A DNA stretch of 64,000 nt from Betaproteobacteria bacterium (GCA_012026675.1 VEPA01000245.1:2093-66092); one strand, 5' to 3'; positions 47,259 to 56,573 are shown, numbered from the stretch's first letter. Translations and numbers: made by a program. The notes: generated by a model from the sequence alone, not told the origin.

Positions 47259-48572
47259 TTGCGCAAGTGCATTCATTTTCTTCTGGCCTTGATGACCGCG
47301 GTCATCGGTTACGTGTCGACCGGCGGCAGCATGGCCCAGGAGCAGACGAATGAGCGTGCGAGTTTCCGGGTCTGCCAGGACCCCAATAACCTGCCATTTT
47401 CCAATACCGGCGGCGAAGGCTACGAAAACAAGATCGCCGAATTGTTCGCCAAAGAACTCGGGCTGAAGCTGGAATACTATTCATTCCCGCAACGCATGGC
47501 ATTCATCCGTAACACGCTGCGCTACAAACTGCCGGGCGAGAACTATCGTTGCGACATCGTCCTGGGAGTACCGGCCGGTTTCGATCAGGTTTCCGCGACC
47601 AAGCCCTACTATCGGTCAACCTATGCGCTGGTCTTTCCCAGGAAAGGGCCGCTCGCGGACGTTCGGTCCGGTGATCAGTTCGCCGCGCTGCCGCCCGCGG
47701 TGCTGCGTAAGCTGCGCATCGGATTGTTCGATCGTTCGCCCGCTTCCGAGTGGCTGGCGCGCCGCGGTCTGGTCGAACAAGGCGTTCCTTATCGTATCCT
47801 GAATGCCAACCCCGACCAGTATCCGGGAGAGATCATCGAAAAGGATCTTGCGGAGGGGAAAATCGATGTTGCTGTTGTTTGGGGACCCATCGCGGGGTTT
47901 TTCGCCCGACGCGTGAAGACTCCGGAACTCGTAGTTGTGCCGCTCAAATCCGAGCCTGGAGTCAAGTTCGACTTCGAAATGGCCATGGGCGTGCGCTACG
48001 GCGAAAAGCCCTGGAAGGACGAAATCGAAAAACTGCTCATCAAGAAACAGTCGGAGATCCGCGCCATCCTCGCCTCATATAACGTGCCGATGATCGACGA
48101 AAACGGCCGCCTGATCGGTAGTGCCGACCAAGCGGAGCTGTTTGCCCGGCCGACCGAGGCGGTACCGTATCGCGTTGTCGACGGAAAGGCTGACAACAGT
48201 ACCTTTCTCGGCTGGCGCATCTTTCATTCAAGCTGCGCCGGATGTCATGGCACCGACGCCACCGGCACCGGTGTTGCGCCGGACCTGACCAAGCGCGTCA
48301 AGGACATGCCGCGCAGTTCATTCATAGCGACCATACTTCAACGCTACAACGTGGTCATTCGCGAGGGCGATGCAGCCAGCGAATCGGCTTCGCGCGAGGC
48401 CTTCATCGAGCAGATCCTGCAGGGCAAGGCAGGGCGAATCGCGATGCCTGTCTGGGAAGGCGACCCCAATGTGGCGCCGAACGTCAACGACATCTATGCC
48501 TATCTCAGGGCGCGCGCCGATGGTGCGCTTGGCACCGGGAGGCCGGGTCTCCTCGAATCCGGCTTCCGCTGA
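47259..48572 (+). CDS. xoxJ: XoxJ/MxaJ-type periplasmic binding protein fused to a C-terminal c-type cytochrome
   Basis: RVCQDPNNLPFS, GYENKIA, FIRNTL, PYYRSTY, WGPIAG, MGVRYG; then SCAGCHG..MP..IYAYLRARADG. TTG start after GGAG. Confidence 0.86.
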   Translation: MRKCIHFLLALMTAVIGYVSTGGSMAQEQTNERASFRVCQDPNNLPFSNTGGEGYENKIAELFAKELGLKLEYYSFPQRMAFIRNTLRYKLPGENYRCDIVLGVPAGFDQVSATKPYYRSTYALVFPRKGPLADVRSGDQFAALPPAVLRKLRIGLFDRSPASEWLARRGLVEQGVPYRILNANPDQYPGEIIEKDLAEGKIDVAVVWGPIAGFFARRVKTPELVVVPLKSEPGVKFDFEMAMGVRYGEKPWKDEIEKLLIKKQSEIRAILASYNVPMIDENGRLIGSADQAELFARPTEAVPYRVVDGKADNSTFLGWRIFHSSCAGCHGTDATGTGVAPDLTKRVKDMPRSSFIATILQRYNVVIREGDAASESASREAFIEQILQGKAGRIAMPVWEGDPNVAPNVNDIYAYLRARADGALGTGRPGLLESGFR

Positions 48573-49615
48573 TGCCCGGAGGCGCTGGAACATGGTCCTT
48601 GGTCTTTCTGGTCGGGATCGCTGCATCGTTTCCGTCAACCGTCGCGGCCGAGGAGGTGTTCGATCGCGCCCGGTTCATCCGACTGGCGGCCAGCGTCGTC
48701 AAGATCGAAGTGCAGAACAGAGACGGAAGCTATTCGCTCGGGACGGCGGTCGCCATTGCACCTGGACGTGTCGTCACCAACTGCCACGTTACGCGCGGCG
48801 CGCTCCTGGTCACGCTGGTCAAGGGCGCGCTACGCTGGCCGGCCACCGCGCAGAGCGCCGATCTTGAACACGACCTTTGCATTCTCGATGCACCGAAGCT
48901 CGAAGCGACGCCGGTGCAACTCGGAAGCGCCCGTGACCTGCGTATCGGTCAGCGTGTCGGTGCGATGGGCTTTACCGGCGGAATCGAAATGGCTTTCCGT
49001 GACGGCATGGTCGCCGCCCTGCATCGCCTCGACGGCAGCAAGGTCATCCAGAGCACCACGGCGTTTACGTCGGGTGCGAGCGGCGGCGCATTGTTCGACC
49101 ACGAGGGTCGACTTGTCGGCATCCTCACCTTCCGTCTGCCCGGCCCGCAGGGCTATTATTTTTCGGCGCCGGTCGACTGGATCGCCGAGCGCGTCACGGC
49201 CGGGGACGGCTTCGTCGGCATCGGGCCACTCGCCGCAATCCGATCATTCTGGCAGCGGCCACCGCCGGATCTGCCGTATTTCATGCGTGTCGCGCTGCTC
49301 GAAGCCGGTGCCCAGTGGCCGGAAGTGCTCGACCTGGCTGACCTCTGGGCGGCCGCCGAGGACGACAGCGCGGAGCCGTGGATCGCGCGCGGCAAGGCCT
49401 GCCTGCGCCTCGACCGGCGCGAGGCGGCGGCCAAGGCTTTCAGTCGCGCAACGATGGTCGAACCGGCCTCTAGCGAAGCCTGGTTCAATCTCGGGGTCAC
49501 CTATTTCCGGCTGGGTGAGACGACCGAACTGCTGCGCGCGCACGCCACGCTCAGCAAACTCAATCCCGACCTGGCCGAAGACCTGGCCGTAATCGCCGGA
49601 ATTTCACGACAATAG
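48572..49615 (+). CDS. Exported trypsin-like serine protease with C-terminal TPR repeats
   Basis: Triad motifs VTNCHV, HDLCIL, GASGGAL; TPR-like AEPWIARG and EAWFNLG; TGATG overlap with xoxJ. Confidence 0.87.
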   Translation: MPGGAGTWSLVFLVGIAASFPSTVAAEEVFDRARFIRLAASVVKIEVQNRDGSYSLGTAVAIAPGRVVTNCHVTRGALLVTLVKGALRWPATAQSADLEHDLCILDAPKLEATPVQLGSARDLRIGQRVGAMGFTGGIEMAFRDGMVAALHRLDGSKVIQSTTAFTSGASGGALFDHEGRLVGILTFRLPGPQGYYFSAPVDWIAERVTAGDGFVGIGPLAAIRSFWQRPPPDLPYFMRVALLEAGAQWPEVLDLADLWAAAEDDSAEPWIARGKACLRLDRREAAAKAFSRATMVEPASSEAWFNLGVTYFRLGETTELLRAHATLSKLNPDLAEDLAVIAGISRQ

Positions 49616-49642
49616 ACGCATCAGCGTCGCCATGAGGAATCG

Positions 49643-50383
49643 ATGAGAATGAAGAAGCATTTGCTGCCCCTGTTGCTGGCCTCGTTGTTGATCAGTCTAG
49701 GTATCGGCGGGGTTTCCGCCCAGGCCGCAAAGCCGCCGCTGGCCGAACCGGCCGGCGAGGCGCCGTCGAAGCCGATTTCGGCCGTCGAGCAGCGCGTTTT
49801 TCTCGACGACCATCTCGGCAACCTGGCAAAGACAGCCGACATCGAGTACAGCTTCAAGCGTAGCGGCACCCTCGGCGATAATTTCGAAGACATGGTTGTC
49901 CTCCACGTTCGCGACGGCGGCAAGGAAAAGGGCCGTCTCGCCAGCGCCGACTTTCTGAGCGGCAAGAGCACGCTCAAGTTGCCCGAGATCCCCAATCCGC
50001 AAGGCAACCCTGTCGTCCTCTACTTCCTCGAGCGCGACGTACGCGAGATGGAGCGGATCACCAAAGGCAAGCAGTACTTTTTCCGTAAACGCGTACGCCT
50101 GGCGCTGGCCGACGCCGACCAGGTCAAACCGGTCACCGTCCGCTTTGAAGGGCGCGACATCAAGGCCGATGAAGTGCGCGTGCAGCCCTATCTCAATGAT
50201 CCGGTAATGCACGCTCGCGCGGAAAAATACGAGAAAAAGGCCTACATCTTTACTCTGTCAGACCAGGTGCCGGGCGGCGTCTACCAGATCCGCACCACGG
50301 TCGCCGCGGCCGACGAGAAGGCCGATGCGCCGCTGGTCGATGAAACCATGACCTTTGCCAAGTTGAGGAAGCAAACGAAATGA
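49643..50383 (+). CDS. Exported hypothetical protein
   Basis: Signal peptide; GNPVVLYFLERD..M motif; operonic spacing. Confidence 0.75.
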   Translation: MRMKKHLLPLLLASLLISLGIGGVSAQAAKPPLAEPAGEAPSKPISAVEQRVFLDDHLGNLAKTADIEYSFKRSGTLGDNFEDMVVLHVRDGGKEKGRLASADFLSGKSTLKLPEIPNPQGNPVVLYFLERDVREMERITKGKQYFFRKRVRLALADADQVKPVTVRFEGRDIKADEVRVQPYLNDPVMHARAEKYEKKAYIFTLSDQVPGGVYQIRTTVAAADEKADAPLVDETMTFAKLRKQTK

Positions 50384-50745
50384 CCCGAATCAATCGCCTG
50401 ATCATTGCCGTCGCGGCTATCGCCGGCCTCTCCTCCCTTGCGGCGCCAGCCAGCGCCGACAACGACATTCCGACCGTCGAACGCGTCGAATTCGTCCTCG
50501 AATGCATGCGCAGCAATTCCACGGCACCCCGCCAGGAAATGCTCTACAAATGCTCGTGCACCCTTGACCAACTCGCCAAGGTGTTTACCCGTGACCAGTT
50601 CGTCGATGGCATGACGGCAGCCAACGCCATGAGCATCGGTGGAGAAAGGGGTGCCGTTCTGCGCGACTCGGAAGGCGCCAAGACGGAGGCCGCCGGTTAT
50701 CGCGCGGTCTTGGCCAAGGCGAAGAAGGACTGCTTCCTCAACTAG
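50380..50745 (+). CDS. Small exported four-Cys hypothetical protein
   Basis: Signal peptide; PTVERVEFVLECM..KCSC..DCF; ATGA overlap. Confidence 0.78.
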   Translation: MTRINRLIIAVAAIAGLSSLAAPASADNDIPTVERVEFVLECMRSNSTAPRQEMLYKCSCTLDQLAKVFTRDQFVDGMTAANAMSIGGERGAVLRDSEGAKTEAAGYRAVLAKAKKDCFLN

Positions 50746-50756
50746 TTCGCGCAGAC

Positions 50757-51707
50757 ATGTTCGGCAAGCGCCTTCCGCAGCCCGCCATCCTTGTCCTGGT
50801 GGTGCTTGCCTGTGTCTGTGGGGCACGCGCCCGGGCCAGTGACGATCGCACCGCGCCGCTGACGATGCAGGAAGTCGCGGCAGGCATCTACGTGCACACC
50901 GGTGCGCATGAGGAGCCAGCGGCGGCCAATCGGGGCGACGTCGCCAATATCGGTTTCATTGTCGGCAAGCGCTGCGTTGCGGTCATCGATACCGGGGCCA
51001 GTCTCGCGGTCGGACAGGCGTTGCGGGCTGCGCTTCGGGCCGTTACGCCGCTGCCAGTATGTTTCGTCATCAACACGCATGTGCATCCGGACCACATTCT
51101 CGGCAATGCGGCGTTTCGTGACGAGCACCCGGCATTTGTCGGGCATGCAAAACTCCCCGCCGCGATGGCGGCAAAGGGACCGATCTACCAGCGTGCGCTG
51201 GCCAGGGAAATCGGCGCCGCTGCCGAGGGCAGCGACTTGATTGCGCCCGGCCAGACGGTCGTCGAGCGCAGCGAACTCGATCTCGGCGACAGGGTTCTTG
51301 AGCTCCGGGCATGGAAGACCGCCCACACCGACAACGATCTTACGGTCTTCGACCGGACGACGGGGACGCTGTGGCTGTCTGATCTGCTGTTCGCGGAACG
51401 CATACCCGTGCTTGACGGCAGCATTCGCGGCTGGCTTGCGGCGATCGACGAATTGTCCGCATTGCCGGCCCGGCATGTCGTGCCAGGGCATGGTTCGCCC
51501 AATCTGCAGTGGCCGCAGGCAATGGCTCCGCAGCAAGTCTATCTGGCAACGCTTGCCGCTGACATCCGGCGGGCATTGGCCAATGGGCAAAGCCTCGCAC
51601 GGACGGTCGAAACGGCCGCTGGGACAGAACGCGGCAAATGGTTGCTGTTCGACCAATACAACCGCCGCAATGCGGCTGCCGCATTCGCGGAACTGGAGTG
51701 GGAATAA
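50757..51707 (+). CDS. Quinoprotein-relay-type zinc metallohydrolase (MBL fold, intact metal site)
   Basis: ANIGFIVG, IDTG, NTHVHPDHILGN, AHTDND, SDLLF, VPGHG, ELEWE. Confidence 0.87.
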   Translation: MFGKRLPQPAILVLVVLACVCGARARASDDRTAPLTMQEVAAGIYVHTGAHEEPAAANRGDVANIGFIVGKRCVAVIDTGASLAVGQALRAALRAVTPLPVCFVINTHVHPDHILGNAAFRDEHPAFVGHAKLPAAMAAKGPIYQRALAREIGAAAEGSDLIAPGQTVVERSELDLGDRVLELRAWKTAHTDNDLTVFDRTTGTLWLSDLLFAERIPVLDGSIRGWLAAIDELSALPARHVVPGHGSPNLQWPQAMAPQQVYLATLAADIRRALANGQSLARTVETAAGTERGKWLLFDQYNRRNAAAAFAELEWE

Positions 51708-51740
51708 GCTGTCCAATTTTGTTGGGATTGGAGGTCTGCA

Positions 51741-52604
51741 ATGAACGCGGTACTGAAAGTTTGTCTGGCCTGCGCCGTGCTGATGAGCGGGGCCCAAGCC
51801 CAAGGCGAGCCCCGCAAAGCCTCGCCGGCGGAAACGGCGGCGATCGAAACCAGCGAGATCTGGGCCAAGGTCCGGACCCAGTTGTTCGGCCAGAGGAAGA
51901 TTGACCCGAACGCAGATTCCCTGATCGAGTTCGATGTCCCGGTCCGCGCCGAGGATGCGGCGATCGTGCCGGTTGCCATGCGAACCCGGATAATCGCGAC
52001 CCCGGAGCGATTCGTCAGCAAGCTCTATTTGATCATCGACAAGAATCCGTCGCCGATCTCGGCGATATTTTCGTTTACACCGGAGAGCGGCCGCGCCGAT
52101 ATCGAAACACGCGTGCGGGTCGAAGAATACACGCCCATCCGCGCCATCGCCGAATTGAACACCGGAGAACTTTACATGGCAGCACGCTTCATCAAGGCAT
52201 CCGGGGGTTGCTCGGCCCCGGCCGGAAAAGACGCCGAGGCCGCATTGGCCAATGTCGGCAAGATACGCCTGCGCGTCGATCGCGAGGTGCGCTTCAATGA
52301 ACCTAACCTGGTCCAGTTGATGGTCAGTCATCCCAACACGTCCGGACTGGCAATGGATCAGCTGACGCGCCTTTATGCACCGGCATATTACGTGCGCAGC
52401 GTCGCCGTCAGCTACGGCGGGAAACCGGTGTTTTCCGCCGATGTCGATTTTTCGATCAGCGAGAACCCGCATTTCCGCTTTTACTTTATGCCACGGGCAG
52501 CGGGCGAACTGAAGGCGGAAGTCATCGACACCCGCGACAAGTCCTTTGTCGCCAGCCTCGCGGTCGGCGAGCGTTCCGCCTCCGCCGCGACTGATGCGCG
52601 CTGA
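51741..52604 (+). CDS. Quinoprotein-dehydrogenase-associated fused SoxYZ-like carrier 1
   Basis: RAEDAAIVP, DKNPSP, ETRVRV, IKASGGCSAP, HPNTSG..MDQ, SISENP. Confidence 0.87.
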   Translation: MNAVLKVCLACAVLMSGAQAQGEPRKASPAETAAIETSEIWAKVRTQLFGQRKIDPNADSLIEFDVPVRAEDAAIVPVAMRTRIIATPERFVSKLYLIIDKNPSPISAIFSFTPESGRADIETRVRVEEYTPIRAIAELNTGELYMAARFIKASGGCSAPAGKDAEAALANVGKIRLRVDREVRFNEPNLVQLMVSHPNTSGLAMDQLTRLYAPAYYVRSVAVSYGGKPVFSADVDFSISENPHFRFYFMPRAAGELKAEVIDTRDKSFVASLAVGERSASAATDAR

Positions 52605-53568
52605 CGGCTGCCGCGGTCTGCCGACAACGCAGGTACTGCTCGCATTCCTGGTCGCCGCCTGGACGGCGGGTTGCGGCGGCCTTCAAGCACGATTGTCGGC
52701 CATGCCGGAGCCGCTGCAAGTCGCCGATGGCGTCTATATGTTCCAGGGTGCGAAGGGCGAAGTCGATGCCGAGAACCTCGGGCGTACCGGAAATGCCGGG
52801 TTTATCGTCGGCGAGTCCGGGGTAGTCGCGATCGATACCGGCACCTCGCGCCAGCATGGCGAGGATCTGCTGGCGGCTATCGCCCGGGTAACCGACAAGC
52901 CGGTACGCCTGGCGCTGATTACCCATACCCGGCAGGAGTTTCTTTTCGGCGCCAGCGCCTTCCGCGCGAGAGGGATTCCTGTCGCCATGCATCGCCGTGC
53001 GGCGAATCTGATGCGCGCGCGCTGCGAAAACTGCCTCAAGACGCTGCGGCGACAGCTCGGTGAAACAGCCATGTACGGCACGACAATGTTCAAGCCCGAC
53101 ATCGAGTTCGACGCTGCGCACGCGATTGACGTGATCGGACGGCCGCTCGAGGTCCTCTATTTCGGACACTCCAGCGGGCCGGGGGATATCGCTGTCCTCG
53201 ATACACGATCAGGAGTTCTCTTCGCCGGCGGGCTCATCGACAACCAACGCATTCCCGATGTGCAGGACAGCGACCGCCCCGGCTGGCATGCGGCTCTCGG
53301 CACCCTTGGCCGAATGCCGCTCGTGGCTATCGTTCCCGGACACGGCCCTGCCGGACCCGGGAGCCTTGTCGGGGCTGTCGATCGCTACCTGACCGATCTT
53401 GAGCACCGCATGGCAGAATTGTTGCAAGCCGGCATCGCGCTGAGCGAGGTCGCGGAAGCCGCCGCGCTGCCCGCGTTCGCGCATTGGGATCGGTACGACA
53501 ACATTCATCCGCGCAACGCTTCGATCGTATTCCTGCAACTCGAACGCGAATCCATGTTCAAGCAATAG
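52594..53568 (+). CDS. MBL-fold protein with degenerate metal site and a CxxC motif
   Basis: NAGFIVG, IDTG and PGHG are kept, but HxHxDH reads THTRQEF; RCENC present; possible lipobox TAGC. Confidence 0.82.
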   Translation: MRADGCRGLPTTQVLLAFLVAAWTAGCGGLQARLSAMPEPLQVADGVYMFQGAKGEVDAENLGRTGNAGFIVGESGVVAIDTGTSRQHGEDLLAAIARVTDKPVRLALITHTRQEFLFGASAFRARGIPVAMHRRAANLMRARCENCLKTLRRQLGETAMYGTTMFKPDIEFDAAHAIDVIGRPLEVLYFGHSSGPGDIAVLDTRSGVLFAGGLIDNQRIPDVQDSDRPGWHAALGTLGRMPLVAIVPGHGPAGPGSLVGAVDRYLTDLEHRMAELLQAGIALSEVAEAAALPAFAHWDRYDNIHPRNASIVFLQLERESMFKQ

Positions 53569-53583
53569 AAGGGACTAAGGCAG

Positions 53584-54420
53584 ATGAGTATCACCATCCT
53601 GACCCGGCGCGGCCTTTTCCTCGCTGCAATCGCAATCCTGCTTGGCGTGAGCGCCCTGAATGCAATTGCCCAGCCCGGGGGACTTCCTACCAACGTCAAG
53701 CACACCGATTCCTCACCCGAGTGGGACCAGCTGCGCGAGAAACTGTTCCCCGGTCGCCGCATGGAATCGGCCGCAAGCCTGGTGCAACTTGTCGTGCCCT
53801 TGCGCGCCGCCTACGGCGCCTCGGTCCCGGTGCGGATCGTTTCCAAGCTGCCGCAGAGCGAGGCCTTGTATGTCAAGAGGATCACCTTGCTGGTGGACAA
53901 GAATCCATCCCCCGTATCGGCCGTGCTCGAACTCACGCCCGGGCTCGGACAAGCCGACTTCGAAACGCGCCTGCGGGTCGACGAGTACAGCCACATCCGC
54001 GTCGTCAGCGAACTCTCGAACGGTGAGTTGCATACGGATTCACGCTATGTAAAGGTATCCGGGGGCTGTTCGGCGCCGCCGAACCGCGACCAGCTGCATA
54101 ACATCGGCAAGACCATCCTGAAATTGCCGGAAGGAATCAAGCCGAATGAACCCACCCCGCTGGATCTGCAGGTCGTGCACCCGAACGATACGGGTTTTGA
54201 AATGAACCAGATCTCGCTTCTTTACATTCCGGCGCATTTCGTCCGCGCGATCAGGGTAACTTACGCCGGGCGCCCGCTTTTTGACGCCGAGCTTGATTTT
54301 TCGATCAGCGAAAACCCCGCCTTCCGTTTCAACTTTGTTCCTGGCGCCGGCGGCGAACTCAAGGCGGAGGTTGTCGATTCGAAGGAAGGGCGTTATGTCG
54401 CGACACTTCAAGTGCCCTGA
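53584..54420 (+). CDS. Fused SoxYZ-like carrier 2
   Basis: TRRGLFL leader; DKNPSP, ETRLRV, VKVSGGCSAP, HPNDTG, SISENP. Confidence 0.86.
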   Translation: MSITILTRRGLFLAAIAILLGVSALNAIAQPGGLPTNVKHTDSSPEWDQLREKLFPGRRMESAASLVQLVVPLRAAYGASVPVRIVSKLPQSEALYVKRITLLVDKNPSPVSAVLELTPGLGQADFETRLRVDEYSHIRVVSELSNGELHTDSRYVKVSGGCSAPPNRDQLHNIGKTILKLPEGIKPNEPTPLDLQVVHPNDTGFEMNQISLLYIPAHFVRAIRVTYAGRPLFDAELDFSISENPAFRFNFVPGAGGELKAEVVDSKEGRYVATLQVP

Positions 54421-54988
54421 GACGAGGGCGCAGGCCCCGGCGACCCGCCGGTTCAACAACAGCGGAACTTGGCGGCGGCTCGCAGCCGGCATCGGGTTTG
54501 CCGCATTTTTCGCCATGCCGGCGCAGGCCGGAATTCCTGCACCCTTTGCGCCGGTCGTCATTCAGCCGGTCGGCGCTCCGGGGCGGGCCGAGTTCGACCT
54601 GACCGCTGTCCTTGAGCGGGCCCGACGCGAGAACAAGTGGCTGTATGTTTACCTCGGCGCCAGCGACTGTCCCTACTGCCGGAAGTACGAAGCCTTTCTG
54701 GAAAAAAATGCGGTCGAGCTTGTGCCGCATTTCTCCAGATATATCGTCGTCGACCTGCGCAGTTCTCTGTCGGTGACCACGGATGCACTGTTCATCAGGA
54801 TCGCCGACACCAGTCGTCCCTATGTGGAATTCCAGAAATCAATCGGCGACGAACGCACGCGAACCGTCGTCTATCCCAGCGTCTGGCTGCTCGACGGCAA
54901 ACCGAAACCGCTGATGCAGCTGCCGGCCGGGACCGGCACCTTCCAGACGGTAGCCGAGCAACTCGAGATTCTGCGGCTGGAGCAGTAG
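54395..54988 (+). CDS. Exported thioredoxin-fold protein (start uncertain)
   Basis: ARRENKWLYVYLGASDCPYCRK and YPSVWLLD motifs after a signal-like segment. Confidence 0.75.
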   Translation: MSRHFKCPETRAQAPATRRFNNSGTWRRLAAGIGFAAFFAMPAQAGIPAPFAPVVIQPVGAPGRAEFDLTAVLERARRENKWLYVYLGASDCPYCRKYEAFLEKNAVELVPHFSRYIVVDLRSSLSVTTDALFIRIADTSRPYVEFQKSIGDERTRTVVYPSVWLLDGKPKPLMQLPAGTGTFQTVAEQLEILRLEQ

Positions 54989-55036
54989 CGTGGCAATGCG
55001 GCCCAGGCCGTCCGGCGAACCGGAGCAGCCACGACA

Positions 55037-55582
55037 ATGAGACGACGCGCCACTTTCATGCGGCACGGTGAAAGCGAATACAACGTGCTGGGGCTTTGCA
55101 ACGACGATCCGCGGATTCCCGTAGCGCTGACTGCGCATGGCCGCAGCCAGGTCGGTCGGGCCGCAACCGGATTCGAGCCGGGTACGATCGATCTGCTGTA
55201 TGTGTCGCAACTGCCGCGCGCCCTTGAAACGGCGGCCATCATCAATCGGACCCAAGAGGCCGAAATTGCCATCGACCCGCGCCTGAACGACCGGCGCACA
55301 GGCTTCGAGGGCCGCCGCGTCGCCGACTATCTTGCGGCGCGCGACGCTGATCCGGCGAATTTCTGTGCCGAAGGCGGCGAATCATTTACGACGCTGAAGG
55401 CGCGAGTGCTCGGCTTCCTCGGCGATTTGCGTGCGATGCACGCCCGTCGCGTCCTCGTCGTGTCGCATCATGAAGTTCTTCAGATCGTCCGGGGACATAC
55501 ACTTGGCTGGTCGGACAATGAAATGCGTCAATGGTGGATCGAGCCTACCGGAAGCTTTAGCGTCGAGATCGCGACACAATGA
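55037..55582 (+). CDS. Histidine phosphatase family protein
   Basis: MRHGES, LT..G..Q, S.L.RA.ETA, GES, VVSH. Confidence 0.88.
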   Translation: MRRRATFMRHGESEYNVLGLCNDDPRIPVALTAHGRSQVGRAATGFEPGTIDLLYVSQLPRALETAAIINRTQEAEIAIDPRLNDRRTGFEGRRVADYLAARDADPANFCAEGGESFTTLKARVLGFLGDLRAMHARRVLVVSHHEVLQIVRGHTLGWSDNEMRQWWIEPTGSFSVEIATQ

Positions 55583-55596
55583 ACGAAATTGCCCGC

Positions 55597-56427
55597 TCAG
55601 CCTGGTTCCAGCGCGGCCAATACGGCAAGCGCGTCGCGAGTAGCGGCGACGTCATGAACACGGATGATGCGCGCGCCACGCTGCGCCGCAAGCAATGCCG
55701 CAGCGATGCTTGCCGGCATTCTTTGATCCATTTCGCGCGTGCTGAATCCTTTGAACATGGACTTGCGCGACAATCCAACCAGCAGCGGACAGCCCAGTTC
55801 CCCGAAAACATCCAGGTGGCGGAGCAGGGCAAGATTGTGTTCGAGTGTCTTGCCGAAGCCGAAGCCGGGATCGATGACAATGCGCTTGCGATCGATCCCC
55901 GCCGCCATCGCAGCGGCAACCCTCGCGGCAAGGAAGGATTGGACCTCGCCAACCACATCGGTATAGTGCGGGGCCTGCTGCATCGAGGCCGGCGTGCCTT
56001 GCATGTGCATCAATACCACCGCGGCGTTGCCGGCGGCGGCGGCATCGAGCGCACCGGGAGCCTGCAAGGCAGCGATGTCGTTGATGATCGCTGCGCCGGA
56101 GGCAACCGCCTGGCGCATCACCTCGGGCTTGACCGTGTCGACCGACAGCGGCACGCCTGCCATCGACAAGGCTTCGATGACGGGCAAGACCCGGCGCAAT
56201 TCCATTTCCTCCGACACAGGCTCGGCGCCGGGGCGCGAGGATTCGCCACCGATATCGAGGATGTCGGCGCCATCGGCGATCAGCTGTCTGCCATGTTCGA
56301 TCGCGCGCAAGGTATCGTGATATTTCCCCCCGTCGGAAAAGGAGTCGGGAGTAACATTTACGATGCCCATGATCAGCGGGCGGCTCAGTGAAAGGCAGTA
56401 CTTTCCGCAGTGAAGTTCCATTGGCAT
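55597..56427 (-). CDS. folP: Dihydropteroate synthase
   Basis: MGIVNVTPDSFSDGG, DIGGESSRPGA, SVDT, MHMQG, DPGFGFGK, GLSRKS, RVHDV. Confidence 0.94.
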   Translation of the reverse strand: MPMELHCGKYCLSLSRPLIMGIVNVTPDSFSDGGKYHDTLRAIEHGRQLIADGADILDIGGESSRPGAEPVSEEMELRRVLPVIEALSMAGVPLSVDTVKPEVMRQAVASGAAIINDIAALQAPGALDAAAAGNAAVVLMHMQGTPASMQQAPHYTDVVGEVQSFLAARVAAAMAAGIDRKRIVIDPGFGFGKTLEHNLALLRHLDVFGELGCPLLVGLSRKSMFKGFSTREMDQRMPASIAAALLAAQRGARIIRVHDVAATRDALAVLAALEPG

Positions 56428-56573
56428 TGAAGTATCGTTAAAGCAGCCTGTATCTTGGGGCGGGATGAGGAAACAAGAATAGCACCCGCCTTCGTCGATT
56501 CGGAATACAAGTGAAACCGGTTTTATCACGGGCCGGGTGTCCCGCCCGCCATACGGAAAGGCTCTTCCCCAAA

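Noticed and set aside
51741-54420. Thiosulfate-oxidising Sox system
   Set aside because: No soxA/X/B/C/D in the window; the carriers are fused YZ types with an internal GGCSAP and sit in a xoxF context.
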